From Actinomycetota bacterium (GTDB lineage Bacteria > Actinomycetota > Thermoleophilia > Solirubrobacterales > Solirubrobacteraceae), in assembly GCA_016781085.1 (NCBI GenBank), contig JADDQZ010000035.1, forward strand, positions 10,253 through 74,252: 64,000 nt of DNA, written 5' to 3'. The notes under the pieces are model-generated. The model worked only from the letters and a program-made list of their open reading frames with translations. It was not told where the DNA came from and made no database searches. This document shows positions 18,120 through 25,640 of this stretch, piece by piece (position 1 is the stretch's first letter; every line of letters starts with the position of its first letter). A program made the translations under genes and the position numbers.

Positions 18120-19096
18120 TCGTACACCTGCCGATAACGGCGCACGAACCCGATTGACACGGCATTCAGCGCCAGGGTGAGCACGAAGAGCGTGAAGCCG
18201 ACGACGAAGATCGTCTTGTACTCGATCGATCCGACCGGAATGTCGCCGCGCGCGGTCGCGGCGATGAACGCCGCCATCGACTGCATCGACTCGCGCGGGT
18301 CGAGGGACAGATTCGCGCGCTGCCCGCTGGCCACCAGAATGATCACGGTTTCGCCAATCGCCCGCGAGGCGCCCAGGATCAGCGCCGCCACGATCCCCGA
18401 CAGCGCGGCCGGGAAGACGACTCGCAACGCCGTCTGGAGCTTGGTGGCGCCCAGGCCGAGCGCTCCTTCGCGTAGTGAGCGCGGCACCGCCGCCATCGCG
18501 TCTTCGGCGACCGAAGCGATCGTTGGCAGCACAAGCAGGCCCAGGACGATGCCGGCCGACAAGGCGTTGAAGGTGTTGACCTCGACGTGCAGTACTGCCC
18601 GCAGCACTTCGGGAGTGAAGAAGGTGAGCGCGAAGAAACCGAAGACGATCGTCGGCACTCCGGCCAGCGTCTCGAGCACCGGCTTGATCGTTCGACGAAC
18701 GCGGTCGGGCGCGTATTCGGCGAGATAGACCGCCGACAGCAAGCCCAGCGGCACGGCGACCAGCAGCCCGATGAAGGAGAGATACAGCGTGTTCCAGATC
18801 AGCGGCAGCACCCCGAACGACTGCTGATCAGCCTGAAGCAGAGGCGTCCACTTGGTTCCAGTGAGGAAGTCGGCGACGGGGACCGCACGGAAGAAGGCGA
18901 GCGTCTCCTTGGAAAGCGAGAAGACGATCCCGAGCGTGGTCAGCACGGACAGTGCGGCGGCGCAGAACAGCAGCCCCTTGATGAGCGCTTCGCCGCGGGA
19001 ACGGACCGAGGGAGCCCGGACCAAGCTGGTCCGGGCTCCCGTCGCGTTGTCGGCCACTGCGGCGGCCGGTCCTTGCTTTGACGTAGTCGAAGCCAT
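18116..19096 (-). CDS. pstC: Phosphate ABC transporter permease PstC
   Basis: 326 aa with a permease core (REGALGLGATKLQTALRVVFPAA). Confidence 0.92.
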   Translation of the reverse strand: MASTTSKQGPAAAVADNATGARTSLVRAPSVRSRGEALIKGLLFCAAALSVLTTLGIVFSLSKETLAFFRAVPVADFLTGTKWTPLLQADQQSFGVLPLIWNTLYLSFIGLLVAVPLGLLSAVYLAEYAPDRVRRTIKPVLETLAGVPTIVFGFFALTFFTPEVLRAVLHVEVNTFNALSAGIVLGLLVLPTIASVAEDAMAAVPRSLREGALGLGATKLQTALRVVFPAALSGIVAALILGASRAIGETVIILVASGQRANLSLDPRESMQSMAAFIAATARGDIPVGSIEYKTIFVVGFTLFVLTLALNAVSIGFVRRYRQVYE

Positions 19097-19120
19097 GGAA
19101 CAGTCGGTAACTCAGGTCGG

Positions 19121-20089
19121 CTAGGCGCCGGCGCCGAGAACCTCCCCAGCCTTGGTCGCCTGCTCGTCGGTCATCGGCACGATCTTCGCCAGCTCGGCGA
19201 TCTCGGTCTGGTTCTCGTTCACGAACTCCATGAAGGCCTTGACTTCAGGTCGCTGCATCGCCTCGTCGCTCGGGTACATGAACAGCGGGCGGCCCAGCGG
19301 CTTGTACTCGCCGCTCTGGATCGTCTCCGCCGACGGAGTGACGCACCCGTCACCGGAGTCGACCGCGACAGCGTTGAGCTGGTCCGCGTTCTGCTCGTAG
19401 TACGAGAAGCCGAAGTAGCCAAGGCCGCCGTCGTCTTGGGCGACGCCGGTGACGAGCTGGTTGTCGTCTTCAGAAGCCTCGTAGTCCTCGCGCGTGACGC
19501 CTTCCTCACCGTTGATCTCGTCGGTGAAGAAGTCGAACGTCCCGGAATCGGTGCCCGGACCGTAGAGCGAGAGCTCGGTGTCGGGGAGCTCCGGATCCAA
19601 GTCCGACAGCGACTGGACCTTCGAGTCTCTGTTCCACAGCTGCTTGAGCTGCTTGGTGGTCAGGCACTCTACTTCTAGGTTGGTGTTCGTGGCGACCGCG
19701 ATGCCGTCGTTGGCGACTTGGACTTCCTTGAAGGCCACGTTGGCCTCCTTGCACAGGGGCACTTCCTCGTCTTCTTTGATCGGTCGAGACGCATTGGAGA
19801 TGTCGGTCTCGCCCGCGCAGAACTTCTCGAAGCCGCCGCCGGTGCCCGAGGCGCCGACGGTGAAGCGCACTTCCGGGTGCTCTTCGTTGAAAAGCTCGGT
19901 GGCCGCCTCCGCGAAGGGAACAACAGTCGACGAGCCGTCGATCCTGATCGCGCCTGAGAGCTGCTCTGACTGCTCTTCCTGCGCTGCGGCTTCCCCGGTG
20001 GCCGGTTCCTCTTCGCCGCCACAAGCCGCGGCGCCGAGAGCCAGCATCATTGAGGCGCCGAAGGCCAACATCTTTCCAGACGACTTCAT
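19121..20089 (-). CDS. pstS: Phosphate-binding lipoprotein PstS
   Basis: Signal peptide with lipobox (LGAAACGG). Periplasmic binding-protein fold with GSSTV and SGTGGG motifs. Confidence 0.9.
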   Translation of the reverse strand: MKSSGKMLAFGASMMLALGAAACGGEEEPATGEAAAQEEQSEQLSGAIRIDGSSTVVPFAEAATELFNEEHPEVRFTVGASGTGGGFEKFCAGETDISNASRPIKEDEEVPLCKEANVAFKEVQVANDGIAVATNTNLEVECLTTKQLKQLWNRDSKVQSLSDLDPELPDTELSLYGPGTDSGTFDFFTDEINGEEGVTREDYEASEDDNQLVTGVAQDDGGLGYFGFSYYEQNADQLNAVAVDSGDGCVTPSAETIQSGEYKPLGRPLFMYPSDEAMQRPEVKAFMEFVNENQTEIAELAKIVPMTDEQATKAGEVLGAGA

Positions 20090-20148
20090 CGAACCCTTTC
20101 CGTTCCTGTCCTTGGTGTCGCCGATCAGCGTCGCCTAGGCAGGTCAGA

Positions 20149-20192
20149 AGGGTGTTACGTGTGCGTGTCCGGCTCGTGAAGAAACTGTGAAC
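20149..20192 (-). promoter_or_regulatory. PHO-box-like array: four consecutive 11-nt direct-repeat units upstream of pstS
   Basis: Minus strand reads GTTCACAGTTT CTTCACGAGCC GGACACGCACA CGTAACACCCT, 60-103 nt upstream of the pstS ATG. This matches the 11-nt GTTCAC-type repeat-unit logic of actinobacterial PhoP boxes. Confidence 0.5.
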
Positions 20193-20201
20193 GCGACGTT
20201 T

Positions 20202-22190
20202 TCAGCCGCCGACGAGCTCGAGCTCGGCGTAAAGGGCGTCGACAGCTTGCTTGGCTTCGCGATGCTTGGCCGTCGTGTCCTGTGCCAGCTTGGGGTCCGT
20301 CCATGCCCCCGGATCGGCAAGTTCTTCCTCGAGCTTGGCGAGCGTGGCTTCAGCCTTTGCGATCTGCGTTTCCAGCGACCGCGCACGCTTGCGCTGATCG
20401 CGCTCGTTGGCGCCGGGCCTGCCGTTGGCGTTGCCTTTGCCGGCTGTCGTCCCGGGTTTGGTGGCCGTCTTGCCCGCTTTGATCGCCTTGGTCGCGGTCT
20501 TGCCACTGGTGGCACGCCCCGTTCCCGCCGCGTCCTTGGGCGACTTGCTCGGGCTTCCCCCGACCACGCTCGGCTTGCTGCGCTTGAGGCTTTTGGCCTC
20601 CTCGCGAACGCGCAGGTATTCAGCCCAACCGCCCTCGTAGGACTTCAGATTGAGGTCCTCGATGGCGATCGTGCGCGTGCCGACGGCGTCGAGCAGCGCG
20701 CGATCGTGGGAGATCAGCAGGACGGCGCCCTCGTACGTCGCCAGCGCCCGCTCGAGCGCTTCGCGGCTCTCAAGATCGAGGTGGTTGGTGGGCTCGTCGA
20801 GGATCAAGACGTTCGCACCGGAGTGCACGAGATGGGCAAGCGAGAGGCGTCGGCGCTCACCCCCCGAGAGGCCGGACACCGGCTTGTCAGCGGCTTCACC
20901 GCTGAACATGAACTGACCGAGCAGAGCGCGCGTCTTGTTCGGCGTCAGTCCGGTCGCCCGCTGTGTGGCTTCCGCCACGCTGCCGCGCTCGTCGAGCTCT
21001 TCGGCGTGCTGAGACAGCAACCCGAGCTTGACGTTGTGTCCGGTGCGCCGCTTGCCGTCGTCGAGCTCGCGCAGCCCGGCCAGAGCGGAGACGAGTGTCG
21101 TCTTGCCCGTGCCATTGGGACCGACCAGCGACACGTGCTCCCCGCGTTCAAGCCACAACTCGGCCTTCTCGAGCAGCATGCGCTCGCCGATCTTGACCGT
21201 GGCGTCTTCGAGTTCGAAGACCACGCGGCCGGAGCGCTCCGGCGCTTTGAACTTGAAGCCGAGCCCCTTGCCGTCGCGCGGATCCTGCTCGACGCGGTCC
21301 ATCTTGTCGAGCCTTTTAGCCCGAGCCTGAGCCTGGCGCGCGCGTGTGCCCGCGCGGAAACGGTCGACGAAGCGCTCGAGACGGGCGATCTCCTCTTGCT
21401 GCTTTTCGATCGCTCTGCCGAGCGCAAGCTCCCGCGCGGCCTTCTCGCGCCTCCAGGTGTGCCATGTGCCCTTGAAGAAACGGCCGCGGCCACCCTCGAG
21501 CTCGAGCACCGATGTGCCGACAGCTTCGAGGAACCAGCGATCGTGAGCGACGAGCACCACCGCGGCATCCACGGTTTGCAGATAGTTCTCAAGCCATTCC
21601 AGCGACTCGATGTCGAGATGGTTCGTCGGCTCGTCGAGCAGCAGCAAATCGGGATCGCCGGCCAAAGCACGCGCCAGCGAAGCGCGCGTCAGCTCACCGC
21701 CGGAAAAAGTGGACAGCGCTCTCTGGAAGTGCTCGTCGCGGAAGCCGAGCCCGTGCAGCATCGAGGAAACACCCTCGCGCCAGCCGTAGCCGCCGGCGTG
21801 CTCGAGCCGCGCCTGGGCCACCCCGTAGGCATCGAGCGTGGCGTCGTCAATAGCGCCCTCGGCCATGGCTTGCTCCAGCTTGGCCAGCCGCTCTTCGATC
21901 GCCAGCAGCTCCTTGGCGCCGGACAGAACGTAGTCCTGCAAGGTCAGCTGCTCGGTGTCGCGCGGCGGCCGCTGGTCGTGCAACGAGACGCGCACATCCT
22001 TGGCAAAGGAGAGCTCGCCGCCGTCGATCGAAGTCTGACCCGCCAGCATCCTCAGCAACGTGGTCTTTCCGGCGCCGTTGCGGCCGGAAAGCGTCATCCG
22101 GTCACGTCGCCCGAGCTGGAATGAAACGCTGCTGAAGAGCGGATCGCCCGCCATGTCCTTGGCGAGGTCTGAGGCGGTGACGACGGCCAT
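20202..22190 (-). CDS. ABC-F family ATPase (Uup-like, with a Lys-rich linker and coiled-coil C-terminus)
   Basis: 662 aa with two ABC cassettes (GRNGAGKTT / GPNGTGKTT; LSGGE...), no TM segments, and a C-terminal coiled coil (ETQIAKAEATLAKLEEEL). Confidence 0.9.
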   Translation of the reverse strand: MAVVTASDLAKDMAGDPLFSSVSFQLGRRDRMTLSGRNGAGKTTLLRMLAGQTSIDGGELSFAKDVRVSLHDQRPPRDTEQLTLQDYVLSGAKELLAIEERLAKLEQAMAEGAIDDATLDAYGVAQARLEHAGGYGWREGVSSMLHGLGFRDEHFQRALSTFSGGELTRASLARALAGDPDLLLLDEPTNHLDIESLEWLENYLQTVDAAVVLVAHDRWFLEAVGTSVLELEGGRGRFFKGTWHTWRREKAARELALGRAIEKQQEEIARLERFVDRFRAGTRARQAQARAKRLDKMDRVEQDPRDGKGLGFKFKAPERSGRVVFELEDATVKIGERMLLEKAELWLERGEHVSLVGPNGTGKTTLVSALAGLRELDDGKRRTGHNVKLGLLSQHAEELDERGSVAEATQRATGLTPNKTRALLGQFMFSGEAADKPVSGLSGGERRRLSLAHLVHSGANVLILDEPTNHLDLESREALERALATYEGAVLLISHDRALLDAVGTRTIAIEDLNLKSYEGGWAEYLRVREEAKSLKRSKPSVVGGSPSKSPKDAAGTGRATSGKTATKAIKAGKTATKPGTTAGKGNANGRPGANERDQRKRARSLETQIAKAEATLAKLEEELADPGAWTDPKLAQDTTAKHREAKQAVDALYAELELVGG

Positions 22191-22277
22191 TGACTTCTAG
22201 ATGTTAGGAACGCGACTCGCCCGCGCCATCAGGCGCGGGCCGCCCGTCTCGAAGGTTCGGCAGCCAGAGCCACGCCG

Positions 22278-22283
22278 TATAAT
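22278..22283 (+). promoter_or_regulatory. Perfect TATAAT -10 box placed for a leaderless transcript of the 89-aa ORF
   Basis: TATAAT followed by 6 nt (cgccac), then the ATG at 22290. No Shine-Dalgarno sequence is possible at this spacing. Confidence 0.45.
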
Positions 22284-22289
22284 CGCCAC

Positions 22290-22559
22290 ATGGTCCGGAC
22301 CCTGCTCTTCTCGCTCGTGTTCTTCGCGTTGACTGCACCCGTGGCTTATGCCGCCGAGGGTCATGACGCGGGCGAAGGCCTGGTTGGAGAGACGAACGAC
22401 AAGATCGTCACCAACTACGGCTTCGGGCTGCTGGCTTTCTTTCCGCTCTTCATCCTCGCGATGTCGATCCTGCAGTGGTACTTGGAGCGCAAGAAGGACG
22501 CGCGCAAGGACGCCGCCAAGGTTCGGGCCGCGCGTGTGGAAGAGCGCGCCGGCTGGTAG
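22290..22559 (+). CDS. Small secreted/membrane protein (signal peptide plus one TM, basic C-terminus)
   Basis: 89 aa. MVRTLLFSLVFFALTAPVAYAAEG... then GFGLLAFFPLFILAMSILQWYL, then a Lys/Arg-rich tail. Codon bias is good. Confidence 0.55.
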   Translation: MVRTLLFSLVFFALTAPVAYAAEGHDAGEGLVGETNDKIVTNYGFGLLAFFPLFILAMSILQWYLERKKDARKDAAKVRAARVEERAGW

Positions 22560-22667
22560 CGACGGCGCCGGGCGAGTGCCGCCGCTCGCCTGCTTACAGT
22601 TGCGCCGCTGGTTCGGCGGCTACCGTTCGTCGCTATAGCCTTGCCCTAGGCCAGTGAGGAGGCGGGG

Positions 22668-24728
22668 TTGTCCCATACGTATTTCGTGACGGGCGGGACG
22701 GGTTTTCTGGGGCGCTTCGTCGTTTCCCGCCTGCTCGCGCGCGGTGCAACCGTGTACGCGCTCGCGCGACCAGGCTCCGAGCACCGGCTCGACGTCGATC
22801 CTGGTGACGACGACGGGGGTCGCGACGGTGTGTGCGCCGGCGATGCAGCCGGCACGCAGGTTCAAGCCGGCACGCTGAGCGAAAAGCGACCCGGCAGGCT
22901 GCTCCCCATCGCCGGTGACATCACACTGCCGAAGCTCGGAGTGCATCCAGAGCAGCGAGAAGCGCTAAAGGGGCGAATCGACTTCTTCCTCCACGTCGCG
23001 GCGCTCTACGATTTGCGCGGCTCCGAAGCGGACTTGCACGCGGCGAACGTCGACGGCACGCGCCACGCACTTGAGTTGTGCGAGGAGCTCGGAGCGGGCG
23101 CTTTCCATCACGTCTCTTCTGTCGCAGTCGCGGGCAGCCACGAAGGCGTCTTCGACGAGGAGATGTTCGACGAAGGGCAGACCTTCCCGCACGCCTATCA
23201 CCGCACCAAGTTCGAAGCCGAAGGCCTTGTGCGCCGGACAAAGACGCCGTGGCGGATATATCGCCCGAGCATCATCGTCGGGCACTCCGAGACCGGCGAG
23301 ATCGACAAGGCTGACGGCCCGTACCACTTCTTCAAAGCCATCCAGAAGACGCGCTCGCTGCTGCCGCAGTGGTTTCCCCTCGTCGGGCTGGAGCTGGGAG
23401 CGACAAATCTCGTTCCGGTCGACTTCGTGGCCGGTGCGATCGACTTCCTCGTCCATCGCGAGGGGCTCGACGGTCGCGTGTTTCACCTCGTAGATCACCG
23501 TCGCCAACCGGTTGGAGAGGTGATCAACGCCTTCGCGCGCGCGGCGCACGCTCCGCAGCTGGCCGTGCGGTTGCAGCCCGGCGCTGCGGGAGGGCTGGTG
23601 CGCGGCCTGCTGACACGGGCAGCCAAGTTGCCGGCAGTCGGTGACTTCGGGCGAGAGCTCCTCTCCGAGCTGTCGCTGGCGCCCGAAGTCCTACCGCACG
23701 TCGCCTTGAAGACTCGCTTCGACGCTCGGCGGACGCGGCGCGAGCTGCTCGGAGCCCCCATGCCCGAGCCGCCGCCGCTCGACGACTACGCCTGGAGGCT
23801 CTGGGACTACTGGGAGCGCGAGCTCGACGCCTCGGCCCAGCGCGGTTCGTCGGAGACAGCGATGGCAGGTCAGCACGTCCTCATAACCGGCGCTTCGAGC
23901 GGGATCGGCCGCGCTACGGCGCTTCAGATCGCCGCCGCCGGCGGCATCCCGCTGCTGGTGGCACGGTCGGAAGACAAGCTCCGCGAGGCCTGCGCGGAAA
24001 TCGAAGCCGCGGGTGGACAGGCCTATTTCTACACCTGCGACTTGTCGGACTTCGAGGCGATCGACGAGCTCGTCGACGAGGTCTTGGCTGAGCACAGTCA
24101 CGTCGACGTGCTGGTCAACAACGCCGGACGCTCCATCCGGCGCTCCGTCGCTCTCTCCTACGACCGCTTGCATGATTACGAGCGCACGATCCGGCTGAAT
24201 TACCTCGGCGCAGTGAGGCTGACCATGGGCCTACTGCCCGGGATGCGAGCGCGCCGGCGCGGGCATGTCGTGAACGTGTCGTCGATCGGCGTGCAATTCA
24301 ACCCGCCCCGCTTTTCGGCTTACGTGGCTTCGAAAGCGGCGCTCGACGCCTGGACGCGAGTCGCTTCCTCAGAGACGCTCGGCGATGGCGTCTCGTTTTC
24401 CACCATCCACATGCCGCTCGTCCGCACGCCGATGATCGCGCCGACACGGATCTACGACGCCTTCCCGGCCATTTCTCCCGAGGAAGCCGCCGAGCTGATC
24501 TGTCGCGCCATCCGCACCAAGCCAAAGCGCATCAACACCCGGCTCGGGACGTTCGGAGAAGTTGCCTACACCCTCGCTCCCAAGGCGATGGACCGGCTGC
24601 TGCACGCTGCCTACCGGGTCTTCCCCGACTCTCCGGCGGCGCGAGGCGACGGCGGGCCGGAGCTTGACGAACGGGTGTCAGCCGAAGCGCGCGCGCTGGC
24701 GCATGTGGTGCGCGGCGTGCACTGGTAG
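22668..24728 (+). CDS. Two-domain fatty acyl-CoA reductase (N-terminal thioester-reductase/NAD-binding domain + C-terminal SDR; mycobacterial AcrA1 / Marinobacter FAR type)
   Basis: TTG start 5 nt after GAGGAGG. First Rossmann motif VTGGTGFLGRFVVSRLL; second domain ITGASSGIGRATA...NNAG...YVASKAA. Confidence 0.8.
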   Translation: MSHTYFVTGGTGFLGRFVVSRLLARGATVYALARPGSEHRLDVDPGDDDGGRDGVCAGDAAGTQVQAGTLSEKRPGRLLPIAGDITLPKLGVHPEQREALKGRIDFFLHVAALYDLRGSEADLHAANVDGTRHALELCEELGAGAFHHVSSVAVAGSHEGVFDEEMFDEGQTFPHAYHRTKFEAEGLVRRTKTPWRIYRPSIIVGHSETGEIDKADGPYHFFKAIQKTRSLLPQWFPLVGLELGATNLVPVDFVAGAIDFLVHREGLDGRVFHLVDHRRQPVGEVINAFARAAHAPQLAVRLQPGAAGGLVRGLLTRAAKLPAVGDFGRELLSELSLAPEVLPHVALKTRFDARRTRRELLGAPMPEPPPLDDYAWRLWDYWERELDASAQRGSSETAMAGQHVLITGASSGIGRATALQIAAAGGIPLLVARSEDKLREACAEIEAAGGQAYFYTCDLSDFEAIDELVDEVLAEHSHVDVLVNNAGRSIRRSVALSYDRLHDYERTIRLNYLGAVRLTMGLLPGMRARRRGHVVNVSSIGVQFNPPRFSAYVASKAALDAWTRVASSETLGDGVSFSTIHMPLVRTPMIAPTRIYDAFPAISPEEAAELICRAIRTKPKRINTRLGTFGEVAYTLAPKAMDRLLHAAYRVFPDSPAARGDGGPELDERVSAEARALAHVVRGVHW

Positions 24729-24729
24729 C

Positions 24730-25581
24730 TCACAAGCCCGACAGCGGATTCACTACGGCGTCGCGCAAGCGCAGCTCAAAGTGCAGGTGAGGGCCGCTGG
24801 ACCGGCCTGACGATCCGATGAGGCCGATGCGGCGCCCGGCACGGACGCATTGCCCCGGCCTGACGAGGATGCGGTTGAGGTGCGCGTACCAAGAGGTCAT
24901 CCCGGCGCGGTGTGCAATGACGACGAGGCGTCCGTACCCACCGGGCACGTAGCTTGCTGTGGTCACGCATCCGCGGCCAGCCGCTCGCACCGGCGCGTTG
25001 TAGCCGCCGGTGAAGTCCAGTCCGGTGTGAAAGGAATTGCCGCGTGGACCGAAGTAGTCGCCGATCGGGGCGGCGCTCGGGCGGGCGAACCGCAGGTTCG
25101 AACGCGGCGCCGAGCGTCTGACCGACCGCCATGTCGCCGGACCAGCGACACCGTCGGCGGTGAGCCCCGCCCACTGCTGATAGCGAATCAAGGCCGCGCG
25201 GCTGCGCTCGCCGAATCCACCGTCGAAGGGGCCGGACGGAAAGCCGCGCCAGGCCAGAGCGAACTGCAGAGCGGCAACGTCCCAACCGCGCGCCGGAGCG
25301 GCGATGATCCGCTTGCCGATGCTGGGCCCGCCACGTCGCCCGAGGGCTCGGCGCGTGCGCGGCCCGGCTACCCCGTCCGCTAGCAAACCCTTGCGCCGCT
25401 GAAACTCCATGACCCCGGCGCGTGTGCCGGGACCACGTATTCCGTCGATCGTGCCGCCGTACAAGTTGTGAGCACGAAGCGCCACTTGCAACGCAGCGAC
25501 GCCCGCGCGGCGCTGTCCTGCGTCGGCGGCCGATGGCCAAGCAACGATGGTGACCAGGACGAGCGCGGCCAGCCTCCTCAC
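24730..25581 (-). CDS. Secreted M23 peptidase with two peptidoglycan-binding (PG_binding_1) repeats
   Basis: GTG at 25581 gives the signal peptide MRRLAALVLVTIVAWPSAADA. Two LxxDGxxGPxT repeats. M23 core HTGLDF...GSSGRSSGPHLHFEL. Confidence 0.85.
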   Translation of the reverse strand: MRRLAALVLVTIVAWPSAADAGQRRAGVAALQVALRAHNLYGGTIDGIRGPGTRAGVMEFQRRKGLLADGVAGPRTRRALGRRGGPSIGKRIIAAPARGWDVAALQFALAWRGFPSGPFDGGFGERSRAALIRYQQWAGLTADGVAGPATWRSVRRSAPRSNLRFARPSAAPIGDYFGPRGNSFHTGLDFTGGYNAPVRAAGRGCVTTASYVPGGYGRLVVIAHRAGMTSWYAHLNRILVRPGQCVRAGRRIGLIGSSGRSSGPHLHFELRLRDAVVNPLSGL

Positions 25582-25640
25582 GTTGGCCAGGTGGTGTAAC
25601 TCGGCCAACGCCGATGCATTACCAACCCGTCGCACGCGGG

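Noticed and set aside
20187-22124. 645-aa ORF on the + strand; similar very long ORFs at 38117-39706, 43369-45024, 62585-63682, 25701-26636, 7544-8311, 2085-2984 and 713-1333
   Set aside because: All lie antisense to, or out of frame with, genes that have unmistakable family motifs (ABC-F, zwf, tkt, M16, ppk, uvrC, gpmI). Their translations are Arg/Gly/Pro/Ala-rich with no motifs. This is the usual stop-codon-poor shadow-frame artefact of ~70% GC DNA.
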